Source of the DNA: Mytilus californianus
Lineage: Eukaryota
DNA length: 64,000 bases
Reading direction: 5' to 3'
NCBI RefSeq assembly: GCF_021869535.1
Contig: NW_026262668.1
Span: 27,838,001 to 27,902,000 of the forward strand
Positions 28,801-39,280 of the stretch are shown here, one piece after another. The notes beneath the pieces are model-generated. The model was not told the DNA's origin. It worked only from the letters and a program-made list of their open reading frames with translations, and searched no databases. The translations under genes were made by a program, and so were the position numbers. The number at the start of each line of letters is the position of its first letter. Positions within the stretch are counted from its first letter, which is position 1.

Positions 28801-31800
28801 CTGAAAGAAATGTTAGTATATGTTATGATGAAATTATTCTTAACATTCCAATAGTATTACTTGAATCCTTGGCTTTCAAATATTCGGCTTTGAGCGTTCC
28901 TGATGAAGGTTAATCCAGAAAAGCGCTTCGGACGTATGAAATTTATAACGTGTTGTTTTCATTTTTTTGAAGTAATGATAAAGAGTTTCAGTTAAGAATT
29001 GCTTACATCCACTTCATTTGAACTTTGGTGGATAGTTGTCTAAATGGCAATCATACCACATCTCCTTATGTTTTTACTATATATATTCAAGCTTTAGTGC
29101 TTTCTGTTAGAAAATGTTTCCGGAAGATGGAACATATCATATTCCCACCAATTACTCCATTTAACTTCAAGTATATATGTTCTTGCAAGTTTTTTACCCT
29201 TTAGAATGTCGCGACTCCTTTGTAAAATTATGTGCAATATTTTTCACAAGTACAAGGAATAATATGCTGTTGGTCAATAATAAATAGACAATAAAATATA
29301 TAGCTGACCCGCTGCTGAAGTTGTTATGACTGTAGTTGGAGTTGTAGATGTTATAGTTGTAACTGTAGTTGGCATAGTTGGTAAAGTGGTAGGAATCGGC
29401 GTAGTTGTTGCCAACGTTGTATGGGTCGTTGTTGGTGTCGTTGTTGGTGTCGTTGTTGGTGTTGTTGTTGGTGTCGTTGTTGGTGTTGTAGTTGGTGTAG
29501 TTGTTGTTGTAGTTGGTGTCGTTGTTGTTGGAGTCGTTGTTGGCACAGGTGTTGTAGTGGTTGGTGTTGTTGTTGGCGGAGTAGGCTTAGATGTGGTTGT
29601 TGCTGTAGTTGTATGTTTTATTGTGTGCTGTGCTGAAGTGGAACCTGAACTTCCTATTGTCAAGTAGACCCAAATGAATATAAAATTCAAGCATTGCTTC
29701 ACGTGTTTTATGTAAAACAAGATATTTATAATTTAGAATACCGTCTAATCGACGACTATCTGTACTTTTAAAAATCAATCATCATCAACAGCTAAGTCAT
29801 CATCCCAGAATTATTCTACTTCTCGATCTTTGCTTCTTCCTTTTTTTTTTTTTGATTCATAGCTCGTATAATTTCCATTAAACTATTTTAGCACAGAGCA
29901 TCGCTACTTGATAACTGTTCGTTGTTACAAAAGTCAAAGTCCAAACAGATTAACAACTGTATCTTAAGTTATTTTTTAGATTTTAAATTATTGAAAATAA
30001 AATTGATGTAAGTATTAAGCCAATATTCAAATGTCCTAATACAATGTTGAATTGATAATCTTAAAGAAAAAGTTAACTCAAAGGAACATTAAAGTTAAAT
30101 AGATCGTATCATATAGTAAGAGCTCTACATCATCGTAAAGAATGTGATGTCCAATTTGACATGATATATCTTTATGGTTTGTTCCCCCTTTTCGGAAAAG
30201 TTTTGCACCGATACCTTTTTTATGTTTTCTGTGTCTCTTAAGCATATTTCTAATCAAGCAATTAAGTTTGACCCTCCATTACATCATTCCTGTTGCATTT
30301 ATAAACTGTGGTTAAAATAATATTTGGATAAGTTGAAAAGAGTAGGCCCGATAGGACCTCTTTTTGGCCCCAAAATATAGCATTTCAAAAATGTGTTAAA
30401 AATGTAAACTTTAAGCTATTAATTTGAAAGAAGAATACTTGAGTTACATAAATATTGGCTGTTTTTGACCTTACACTGCACATGCATCAGGTACTTGCAT
30501 CATTAATTCATGCAAAATTACTTAAATCTGCACAATTTTAGTATTTGTGCTAATTTTTAGACTGTTTTTGTCTAAAATGGAAGTGGCCGCACTTGTTTTC
30601 AGTCTTGATATTTAAATATATGTTGTATTTGATCATGATACATATATTATATAAAGGTTGAGACTGAACACGAATGCGGCCACTTCCAATTTAGACAAAA
30701 ACCATCTGAAAGTGACGTTTTGTGGCATAGTTGATAGATTTTTCATATTTAAGCTTGAATTTAGGCGTCTCTAATGACCAAATCAGTTCAAGTCTTTTAC
30801 AAAAACTAATTGAATCGACTGAAGAAGACACTTAAGTGTTTAAAAAATGTAAAAAATCTTTCATCAGATGTACTTCAAATTTTAGGCCGAAATAAGCCCT
30901 TAGCGGATCTTCTCCTTTCACTGAATCTTATAGAACAGACAAGTGTTAAAATAGAGAAGTTCAATCAGTTGTAAAACAAAAGTACATATATTTTGTCGGA
31001 ATGCTCTGGATAGTTTTATGATTGATGGACAATTACTAAATAGACTGGAAAACATGGCATTTTTTTTCAAAGGCAACCGATCTCAATACAGAAAAAAAAC
31101 ATATATTACAATCTTATTTGATACCAAAAATAAACAAATACATAAGTTTTACCTGTCTGCATGTATGATGGCATGTAGTTAGGGTTTATGTAAGTCTTTT
31201 CGTTGCAGAACCTGTCCTCGGGACAATGTGCAGTGCAACAATCATAGCACACAGTATTTACCGGCGGGGATGGAGATTTGCAGTCCGGATTCCTCAAAGA
31301 GCTGAGTGCAGCATTGTTCATACACACAGTTTCATTTGTTCCTCCTCTTTCATACGTTACGCCACCATTTGTGTATGTTTTCTTTAGAAAGCAGATGTCA
31401 TGTCTAACATCGAGCTGTAAATTATTATCTCTACAAATTGATCCTGTATTAAAAAAATTAAAAAATTTTACTTCGATCATATTATCTTTTTTCTATTTCC
31501 GTACAGTGATTTTGTATAATAATAATTCCCTGAATTTTCCCACCTTGTATTCCATTTAACGTTCACAGATTTGTACAAAAAAACAATTTATTGTTTTTAG
31601 TTATTGCTTGTTTACGCTATCAGTGATACTGAAGACAAAGTTATCAATGGACCAGTTAAGGAAATTTCTGACATTACATTTCGCAGTTTCATTGTCGTCT
31701 GGAACATGGAAAGTCCAAAACAAAACAAACATTACACTTAACATTTTGGGAAAGTATACTGACAATCACATTTCGGGCTTTTTGGACTGACCTTTTAATT

Positions 31801-34800
31801 ATTTTACCAAAAAAGGACTTAAATTATATTTTTTAAACGAGTTATACTGATACATGTGTACTTACTAGTTGATGGATGATTACAAACTGCGTGTGTTTCT
31901 CCTAAAATATGAAATATAATTAACAACATTTAAAATAAAAATCAATAAAATTATCAACCTGCTATGGAGGTTTAAAAGAAACAATGTTCGTGCGGTAAGT
32001 TTCATGTCTTCAATACTTGCCCTATATGCAGAATTATGTGTGAAAACGAATTTCGTGATTACCAGTGATTCAGAAAATCTTCTAAAGTACCAAGGATAAA
32101 AATTGAAACTATAATCACCAGTTACAATATATATGCAAACTTTACTGTACCAATGATATCGCTTTGTTCATATGACCCCTGTTGAAAAAAATCAAAAAAA
32201 TCAATAATTTTATATAGAATCCTGAAGTTTGATGGTGTTATTAACGTCATTAGAGTTGTCTGACCCGATGGGTTCGGAATTATAATATTGGCTTAATGCA
32301 AACTTGACCAATTATGTCTGAACTTTCATGCGACCCATGGGAGGCACATGTATGATAATGGGGTTCATGAAGCGTAATATTGTTGTTGAACTTCTCTTGA
32401 ACTTTTGAAATAGAATCATGAAAATCGATATATGATTAGATACCTAAATCATAATTAGCTTAAATTCTATTTTGATATTGAACATATGGTGTTGGCATTT
32501 AGTTATGGCCCTTTTGGGCATTGTCTCAGGGACTTCGAAAAAACGAAAAAAATGTGTCCTCGTACCCCTCCCACATTATCAAAGATTTTTTTTGTTTAAT
32601 CAAAACTGTGAAAATAATTTTGTTTTTGTCATCAGAATAAAAGAAATGACAAAATTGTATTTCGAGTAATCATTTAATATTACATGTAAAAAGTGAATTC
32701 ATATAAAGTAATTGGGATAACATATATGGGTTTTCAATATCTGTAGACATTTTCATAGTATTGTTGAATATTTTTAACCAACGAGAATTGCGAATAATAA
32801 ATTAAAAAATAACATCTTCCACTTTTAAATGAATGCTCTCCCCAATTTCTTGTGCTGGTATATGCATCGTATATTTTGTTTGTATTCTTATTTATTGCCT
32901 TACATTGATAAACTAAAAGGTGAATGTGTCTGAGAACACGAATGCCCCCGCTCAAGCTTGCTTTTCAATAGAAAATGGGACGGGCGGACGAAAAGACGGA
33001 AGGATGGAGAATCAAGGGTAACACTAACTGGCCCCTTCGCCTTGCGGCGGGGGCATAAAAACTGCAATTTTACATTCAACAATGTCACTTACATCGACAT
33101 GTTGAAAATACATTTTTGAAGTTGGCTGTCGCTCATACTTTACGAAAAATTCTTTGCCAAATATTGTAACTCAAAAATTAATGCGTACATTTATAATAAA
33201 TAGTGTTCATCATAAAACAAAAATGGAATATTTGTTAATGTGATTTCAAGACAATGCGATCTGAACTTAAATGAAAGTTTAAACAAATGCAATAGTTAAT
33301 TACATTATTCAGAAGAAACGAAACAAAAATAACAATTTCTAAATCTACAGTAGCCATTTCGTAAAATATATCAGTAATGACATCCTATACAAATTTAACA
33401 ACGGTGTATTACATAATATCCATAAAATATAATTCTTTAGGTTGGAGAAATGTTTTACGGCAATTTCAGCAGCAACATTAGAACTCTTTATAAGACAATG
33501 TTTATAGAATATTTTTGTATACCTAAGGGAAATAATCATGTCTTAAAGTGCTGAAAACATTTTACTTGAAATATCTATATAAACATGATAAAAGTTACTT
33601 CAATTTACCAGTACTGTTAGTTGTACATGAAATATGTGCCAATAACCAACAACGAATTTAATAAAACTTGCAATTGATCCGGTTGAATCGGTGTGTTTTG
33701 GATCTTACAAATGTATATATTTGTACTCACCTAAGAGTTGTATCAATACACCTACAATTATAAGAAAAAAATAAGGTTATGTCATATGAAATTGCATTTT
33801 TATTTCACTTATCTAAATATTCACAACCATATAATTGTATATAAAAACGGATATGCGGATGTGAATTGATTGCAGTACTTTTTTTTACTTAAAGGTTAAT
33901 ACAATTCAACATGAAATATAGTATTATACGAGCAAGAGGGGGGAAACAAGTAAAATACGCTATATGCGTTTTTCAGAATAGTCTAATACGCTTAGATAGA
34001 ATATGATTCATGAATAATGTTCTTCTTTGAAACCACCCCTCCTTTTCATTAGTCGGTGTAGAAAGTTTTTGAAAAGTTCTAATGAGAATAATTAAGCGCT
34101 AACATCTTTTATCACCGAGATACGTAAACACCTATGAATGCAATATTGGTGTGTTTAATTAAAAAATGAAGATCTGACAGTAGAAAAATAAAATCTTTAT
34201 TAGCTATAGATCCCATAGTGCCAGGTGATCTTTTCTCATCACTTGGCGTCCGTCGTCGTCGTCGTCCGTAAATTTTTACAAAAATCTTCTCCTCTGAAAC
34301 TATTTGGCCAAATTAACTAAACTTGGCCACAATCGTCGTTTGGGTATCTAGCGTAGGAAATGCAACTGATGACACCGCCTGCCAACCAATATGGCTGACA
34401 TAGCTAAAATTTAAAAAAAAATGCCAAAAGAACCAAAGATGTATAAATATTTAACAGCTATATGACAAAAGGAACCTTACAAATTGCCTTAACCATCTGG
34501 GTTTAACTCTGCAAGGAGAAGTAAGAACCTTAGATTCTTAAAATTTTCTAAATTCATCAATGGGAAATTCATAATGTATGTTATAAATCCTAAACGTCCG
34601 AAGCGCTTTTCTGTATTTTGATATATCAATTTGCCAAACTTAACAAATATGTTGTCGATATAAGGGACAGGATCTTGATAAAAATAATTTCTTAAAACTA
34701 TATGAATGTATTAAAACTAAGGTTGCCTATATTTTTCTTAGATGGTCTTGGATTTTCTGTTTAGGTTTAGACATTTTCACAGCGACATTCATATAATTCT

Positions 34801-35446
34801 TTGTTGTGCTTTACTATGTGTGATTTTTTTAAAATCCAACGACACTCTTCTTTTATTTCCGAGTTCAAGATGTAGGTAGCCTCAATGTGCAGGTGTTTTA
34901 TGTGTAGATAACTAAACGGGGATAGTTTAGGTGCATACATACCTAGTTTAACCCCATCACATGTCCTTCCTGTACCAACTTAGTTTATCTGGTCCTTTTG
35001 ATGTATATTTTGATGTACTGTTTTTATATTTTTTTGTTATTTATATTATTCTTTTTTAAATGTCTTAATTTAGAATTCAAGGATGGTCATTATGACCTCG
35101 TTTATAGTTACGATGTTTCATTTCTGATCTTTTAACAGAAGAACCTACTGGTTACACTTTGTACCATGTTTACCCATACGAATGTATTACCGATTAAATG
35201 GTTCATACATCTGTTACAGGACATGAATTTTGGATAACATGACAGATAATACTTTTATAACAGGCGATGCCTCCTCTTTCGATACACATCTATTAGTCTG
35301 TTTCCATATTTGCCTTTTAACTAGACTTTGCTAGTGGCATTTAAGTAAATTCGATATTATACTTTATGATAAACGCAAAGCTAAAATATTTACAAAACAA
35401 GTACAAACAAACCTGAAATCAAAAAGAAGGAAATATTCCAGTTCAT
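13692..35446 (-). CDS. Gene 1: secreted multi-domain Ly6/uPAR (three-finger)-like protein with mucin-like Thr/Pro linkers, 13 coding exons, 679 aa
   Basis: Exons: 35446-35413, 33751-33731, 31443-31153, 29653-29309, 28738-28594, 24437-24262, 22496-22358, 21006-20711, 19900-19844, 16243-16085, 14790-14761, 14473-14314, 13878-13692. All have AG/GT boundaries and compatible phases; the sum is 2040 nt with no internal stop and a terminal TAA. N-terminus MNWNISFFLISGVLIQLLG-SIC is signal-peptide-like. Four domains end in the C-x2-CC-x(4-10)-CN motif characteristic of LU domains. Additional small phase-1 exons could have been missed. Confidence 0.85.
14314..14473 (-). CDS. Gene 1 LU-like domain 4, N-half
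   Basis: 160-nt phase 1-2 exon KISCHQCGD...PC...EC...PYCMTDII...VYKR. Confidence 0.9.
14761..14790 (-). CDS. Gene 1 30-nt linker exon (AVPTTSTTPK)
   Basis: tatattacag|CAGTT...TAAAG|gtgagc; phase 1-1. Confidence 0.8.
15115..15524 (+). mobile_element. SINE with Nin/Deu-like central domain
   Basis: Homologous to 37011-37422 (opposite strand); GGACGTTAAATCCGATGCC core; (CAAT)n tail. Confidence 0.65.
16085..16243 (-). CDS. Gene 1 Thr-rich linker exon with three 51-nt (17-aa) repeats
   Basis: 159-nt phase 1-1 exon, (V/F)PTTPTTVSTTNSTTLS x3. Confidence 0.8.
19354..19802. mobile_element. 449-bp MITE, 20-bp imperfect TIR, 4-bp TSD CGAT
   Basis: GGCCCAAGACTACAATTAAT / ATTAATTGTGGTCTGTGGCC; empty site at 16044-16047 in the duplicated block. 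Confidence 0.85.
19844..19900 (-). CDS. Gene 1 short Thr-rich linker exon
   Basis: 57-nt phase 1-1 exon PTTPTTVLTTNSTTLSTT; duplicate of 16085-16243. Confidence 0.75.
19910..20070. repeat. Fold-back element
   Basis: GCCTTTGAATGAGGTCGATA... / ...TATTGACCTCAATCAAAGGC; apex GGAC-GAA-GTCC. Confidence 0.8.
20711..21006 (-). CDS. Gene 1 LU-like domain 3, C-half plus Ser/Thr/Pro linker
   Basis: 296-nt phase 2-1 exon CASQEQCKGKW...LCHYCCESNATTPCNLHP..., donor T|GTAAGT; paralog 47291-47517. Confidence 0.9.
21421..22081. mobile_element. 661-bp MITE, 19-bp perfect TIR, TAA TSD (PIF/Harbinger-like)
   Basis: GGTAGCAATACACAGTTAG / CTAACTGTGTATTGCTACC flanked by TAA on both sides. Confidence 0.75.
22358..22496 (-). 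CDS. Gene 1 LU-like domain 3, N-half
   Basis: 139-nt phase 1-2 exon AYKCVVTGPQ...FCLNDVVY...RDFRR; paralog 48248-48386. Confidence 0.88.
24262..24437 (-). CDS. Gene 1 LU-like domain 2, C-half
   Basis: 176-nt phase 2-1 exon CASRVECYWDYWIG...CTYCCQGPNGKPCN; absent from the ORF track; paralog 48695-48870. Confidence 0.88.
26397..26530. repeat. Fold-back element
   Basis: TGGCAAATTCGTATCACATGCCGTATCA / TGATACGGCATGTGATACGGATTTTGCCA; apex GGGCC-TAAA-GGCCC. Confidence 0.8.
28594..28738 (-). CDS. Gene 1 LU-like domain 2, N-half
   Basis: 145-nt phase 1-2 exon VNGTKCLVCTEDQSASC...YCLNEIIYHNGNWTKTLHR; paralog 52755-52899. Confidence 0.88.
28894..28935 (+). ncRNA. Minimal type I hammerhead ribozyme, core intact
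   Basis: GCGUUC-CUGAUGA-AGGUUAAUCCA-GAAA-AGCGCU-UC-GGACGU: stem I pairs, both core boxes intact, palindromic GCGC loop 3, UUC cleavage triplet. Stem II is short and atypical. Confidence 0.7.
29309..29653 (-). CDS. Gene 1 Thr/Pro-rich mucin-like linker exon (TTPT repeats)
   Basis: 345-nt phase 1-1 exon, gacaatag|GAAG...GCGG|gtcagc; ORF track 29274-29720. Confidence 0.88.
31153..31443 (-). CDS. Gene 1 LU-like domain 1 (9 Cys, single exon)
   Basis: 291-nt phase 1-1 exon, GSICRDNN...VCYDCCTAHCPEDRFCNEK; paralogous to 62236-62526. Confidence 0.9.
32910..33062 (+). mobile_element. Minimal HINE-like element
   Basis: ATGCCCCCGC / GCGGGGGCAT inverted pair, GGAC-type microsatellite remnant, A-rich flanks. 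Confidence 0.6.
33731..33751 (-). CDS. Gene 1 21-nt micro-exon (GVLIQLL, signal peptide part 2)
   Basis: ttataattgtag|GTGTATTGATACAACTCTTAG|gtgagt; phase 1-1; completes the hydrophobic core. Confidence 0.75.
34215..34420 (-). mobile_element. HINE-like fragment
   Basis: (GTC)n microsatellite followed by aaaatcttctcctctgaaacta..., the reverse complement of the HINE repeat type seen at 50.4-50.7 kb. Confidence 0.5.
35413..35446 (-). CDS. Gene 1 first coding exon (MNWNISFFLIS, signal peptide part 1)
   Basis: Acceptor tattatcag at 35471 implies an upstream non-coding exon. ATG at 35446, donor CAG|GTTTGT, phase 1. Confidence 0.7.
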
Positions 35447-36724
35447 TTCGGACTTTCTTTTATCTGTTCCCTGATAATATAGAAAGTTCGATAAGCATGT
35501 CTTTATTACGTAAGCAAGGCCTATATTTAATCATTGTCTAATGAATTGTTCTGGCTACGATTAACTGTGTATGCTATAAACCAAAATAAGCATCTTGAGA
35601 ATCGTCTTAAAATTTTAATCACGTATTGTTTTCCCACTAGCTTTGTTATACCAAATCGCTTGACCTTTTAATCGGTATGTCAATTGATGACTACAGATAT
35701 ATTACGCCTTATTCAATATTTCCAACAAATTTATTGTCGATCAGTACGCTCTAAAGAGTAGATGGACTTTTTTCTCCAGGATCTCCAGTTAGTTTCTCAA
35801 GGCAGGACTGCTGCACTATTAACCTCGTCAAGAAGATTCACAAATTATTTGAATTAAGGATCATCGTACTGGAACATCCGTCCCATGTTGATTGACATTT
35901 TTGGACAAACTGGTATGCATTCTATCTAACAATTCGAATGACTTTCCTTTGAACAATTCTAGTAAATTTTGACTTTTCAATTTCTCCCGAGTATACAAGA
36001 TTTAAGGCGCCTCTTCCCTAAGCAAAGTCTCGTAACTTTGAGAGTGCAAATGTTCTAACTGCTGCTTATTGGGACCACTACTAGCTATAACGTCTACAAA
36101 ACGCAAAATATATAATAAATATGCTTGTATAGAGTCTTATTGGTAAACTAAAACTACCAAAAAGGTGACAGCAATAAAACCAAGCACAGTCTAGACTATC
36201 TAAGATCAATTTGTCACATAAAGTCGTTAGTTGGCTTGCAACATTAGTTTGTGTCCAATACGATAATATAATTGAAAATTTACAGACAAGATATGCCATT
36301 CAAATCAAACTAGTAACTGCTATTTGGTGGATAGTATTTGTACCCTTTCGTCAAAACTGGTCTACTGGTAACGGTTATATAAATCTGCATAAGTAATAGG
36401 CATTTTTAGTCTACTGATGTTCAAACATGTAGATCTATTTTAAATGTATGAATGATTGATTGTATTTCTTTAATGTCATGTGTGAGGAATGTGGCACAAC
36501 CACTACACGCGGTATTGGATTATCCGTCTACATTCCGACCGAACGTGAATATTTATTTATATATCCCGCACGGCTCCTAACAGACGTTTCTCTTTACTGT
36601 CGGATAGAAGTCCATATGACCATAATTCTATATTCAAACCAATCTGTGGGTTCACTTTGTATACAAACAACCACAATATAAAAAAATGACGGAATTTTGG
36701 AAATATGACACAGTATTCTTTTCT

Positions 36725-36777
36725 TCAGACACGTTCTTCAGGATTACCCTCAGATGCATGATCTGGTACACTTGATA
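36725..36777 (-). CDS. Candidate terminal exon of gene 2 (VSSVPDHASEGNPEERV-stop)
   Basis: Strong polypyrimidine acceptor ttttcttttcttccaaacttacag; in frame with the phase-1 donor at 47291; AATAAA about 170 nt downstream. Not corroborated by homology. Confidence 0.4.
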
Positions 36778-37010
36778 CTGTAAGTTTGGAAGAAAAGAAA
36801 AATAAAACTTTTCTTTTTTGAACAGTTTTGAATGACTGCAATCCAAGATAGTAAGTGATTCTAAAATTCATAATAAGTTCATTTTCGGCCCAATTTAAAA
36901 ACTATACTAGTACATCATTTCACACAGTCATCGGTTCCATTTAAATACCAGTGAACCTATTTGATCATACTATAGAATGTATATAGCTTTACTTTGTTGT
37001 TTTAATTTAT

Positions 37011-37422
37011 GATTGATTGATTGATTGATTGTTGGTTGCTTAACGTCCAGTGGAAAATAGTTCATGTATGTTCAGGACAAGAACAAATTAACATTAGGTC
37101 CTGTAACAGAAGCTGTCCGGTATTAGGGTCGGGGAAATGTAGATTGCCACTAGAAAATGAGGGTATATCGGATAGGGACTGAAATTTTTCCCTTGCAACA
37201 GGCCACCTACGGACCCCTAAAAAGTTGTTACAAGGGTTCTTAACGTGCAGAAAGCGTGGTAATCTGTCTACAAGAGGCATCGGATTTAACGTCCGCATTC
37301 TGTTCGGACGTGGCTGCATACTTGTACATCCCGCACAGCCACACGGACGCCCCTCTTTGGCAAAGGTTTTACTGCCAGTCGGAATTAGACCTGTAGTGAG
37401 CATATTTCCCAGTCACCCTTGA
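37011..37422 (-). mobile_element. SINE with Nin/Deu-like central domain, second copy
   Basis: Reverse-complement match to 15115-15524 with a (CAAT)n tail. Confidence 0.65.
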
Positions 37423-38629
37423 TGGGTTTTAATTTATGAATTTGAAATATAACAAAAATAGACTATAAATCAAATAGATATACTTGTATATATTTTGGCA
37501 CACTTGAATTGGAAACATAAAAGACGATAAAATAGACGACAAATAAACCAAATAAGGTAAAAGGGAGTTAGTTATGACAAAAAGCAGGGGATACAGATAG
37601 AAAACGGAGACATGCAGACGAAATAGGCAACGACGAATTATAATGGAGAAAAGAACGAAACAATAGATTACGTTGGCGAAAATTGGTTTGAAGACATACA
37701 AAATGAATAACTGGTGACAAATACTCTGTTGTATAAGACAAACAGGCAAAAATGTACAAAACAAAGACATATGTGTCATTTGAAATGAATGATGAAATCA
37801 CTAACAAAAAACGGAGATAAGTAGTGGGAGACTTTTTTGGAAAAATTCGTAAAAGGGTATCGTACACATGAAAGACAAAATCAGTAAACATTAGCAATTT
37901 GAAATATGGTGTACATGAAGTTACAGTTTGAGATCTATATGAAATAAATTAACACGAATGAGTACATACAATATCGATGAAAAGTGTACAATATATACAC
38001 AGAGAAGACAGAATTAAGGAATTAATCGGTTATAGATACAACAAACGTGCAGTTTATGACGTTATGGAAAAAATCGGTTAGAGTTGAAAAATAAGAAACA
38101 TTTTTGCGATTCCAAACACTCCACAGATACAACATTGATGGACAAATCAGATGGAGAAGGACTGACAGTAAGAGACAAATAAAAGGCAAATAGGTTTATA
38201 AGAATTATAAGTTAAATAAAAACGAAAAACAAAATAAAGACATATGAAACAGGTGAACAACTTGCAATATATTTAGTAGCACAAAATCGATCTAATTTAT
38301 CTAAACTTTTAAAACGGATTTGAATTTTGGTGACAGGTACAATGTACAATTAGTACCACTGGCAGTTGTAAATTTGGAATACAAAGTCGATTTCTAAACA
38401 AATGAATCAGCAGTTTGAAACACGATAATGTAACTTCGTATACAGAATGGATGGACATTTAAAAACTTTTTAAATAGCAGTCTTAGAATTAGTCAAGACT
38501 GGTTCAAATTAGTTATTTTTTTATTATTGGGAAAATAGATGTTTGTCGTCGAGTTTCATTGAACATTCAGAATATAGGAAATAGACAATAAGGAAACAAT
38601 GCAAAACTCAAATGTTCTGGAAAGGATTA

Positions 38630-39280
38630 TTTTCTACTCCACTTGTGAAATGAAGACTGAAATCATCTCTTTTGTCGTAAAGTTTTGTTTTCAACCGACC
38701 CTTATTGTCAATTTCTAGATGTAAGTCGAGATATGAGACAGTCTTAACTGTATCTATTGTATCCTTTATCTCAAGTTCAATGGAATAGATGCGTTCAACA
38801 TAGTCACCAAGTATTGAAATATTTTGGTGAGAGAACATCTGATCTATATAGCGGAGAGTAAAGTTAAAGGATACTGCTAACTTCTTTTTTTTTCTTCCTA
38901 TGAAGTTTCTGTATGAATTCAGCCTCATATGAATAAAGGAACAAGTCGGCAAGAAGAGGGGCACGGTTTGTTCCCATGGGAATGCCGATTGTTTGTTGAA
39001 AAACACGTCCTCTAAATGTAACAAATATGTTGTCAATCAAGAAATCAAGCGTCTTGATAATGTCAGTTTCAGAGAATTTTTTATTTGAACCAGAGTGGTA
39101 TTTTACAAAGTAGGATTATCCCTCCCTAACACAAGATACTTGTATCTACGTTGGCCATTCTTTTTTTATGAAACAAATCAGGACCAACTCTTTCAATTTT
39201 TCTTTTGATTTGGAATGGGGAATACTTGTGTAAAGTGTAGAAAAGTCAAATGTTTTAATACTATTGCAAGATAGTTATCA
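38630..39280 (-). pseudogene. Penelope-like element reverse transcriptase fragment, frameshifted
   Basis: Hand translation gives TFDFSTLYTSIPH, FQQTIGIPMGTN.APLLADLFLYSYE, FTLRYIDQ and SYLDL...KLYDKRDDF. There is a frameshift in the A-run near 38890 and YIDD is mutated. Confidence 0.85.

Noticed and set aside
29326-29667. Plus-strand Val/Gly-rich ORF and Cys/Trp-rich ORF (CWCRCWC..., metallothionein- or keratin-like)
   Set aside because: Antisense shadows of the ACA/ACC/CCA-rich mucin exon; splice sites and phase support only the minus-strand Thr frame.
13692-35446. Calling the LU proteins three-finger toxins or quiver/sleepless orthologs
   Set aside because: Only the cysteine framework is shared; no sequence-level evidence of orthology or toxicity.
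35700-36060. Less AT-rich segment with a minus frame containing LTGDPGEKS, resembling a P-loop
   Set aside because: Multiple stops, imperfect Walker A, no other motif; cannot be supported without a search.
37429-37897. Opposing hydrophobic ORFs of 116 and 109 aa
   Set aside because: Products of a strand-biased A-rich repeat region; no splice or motif support.
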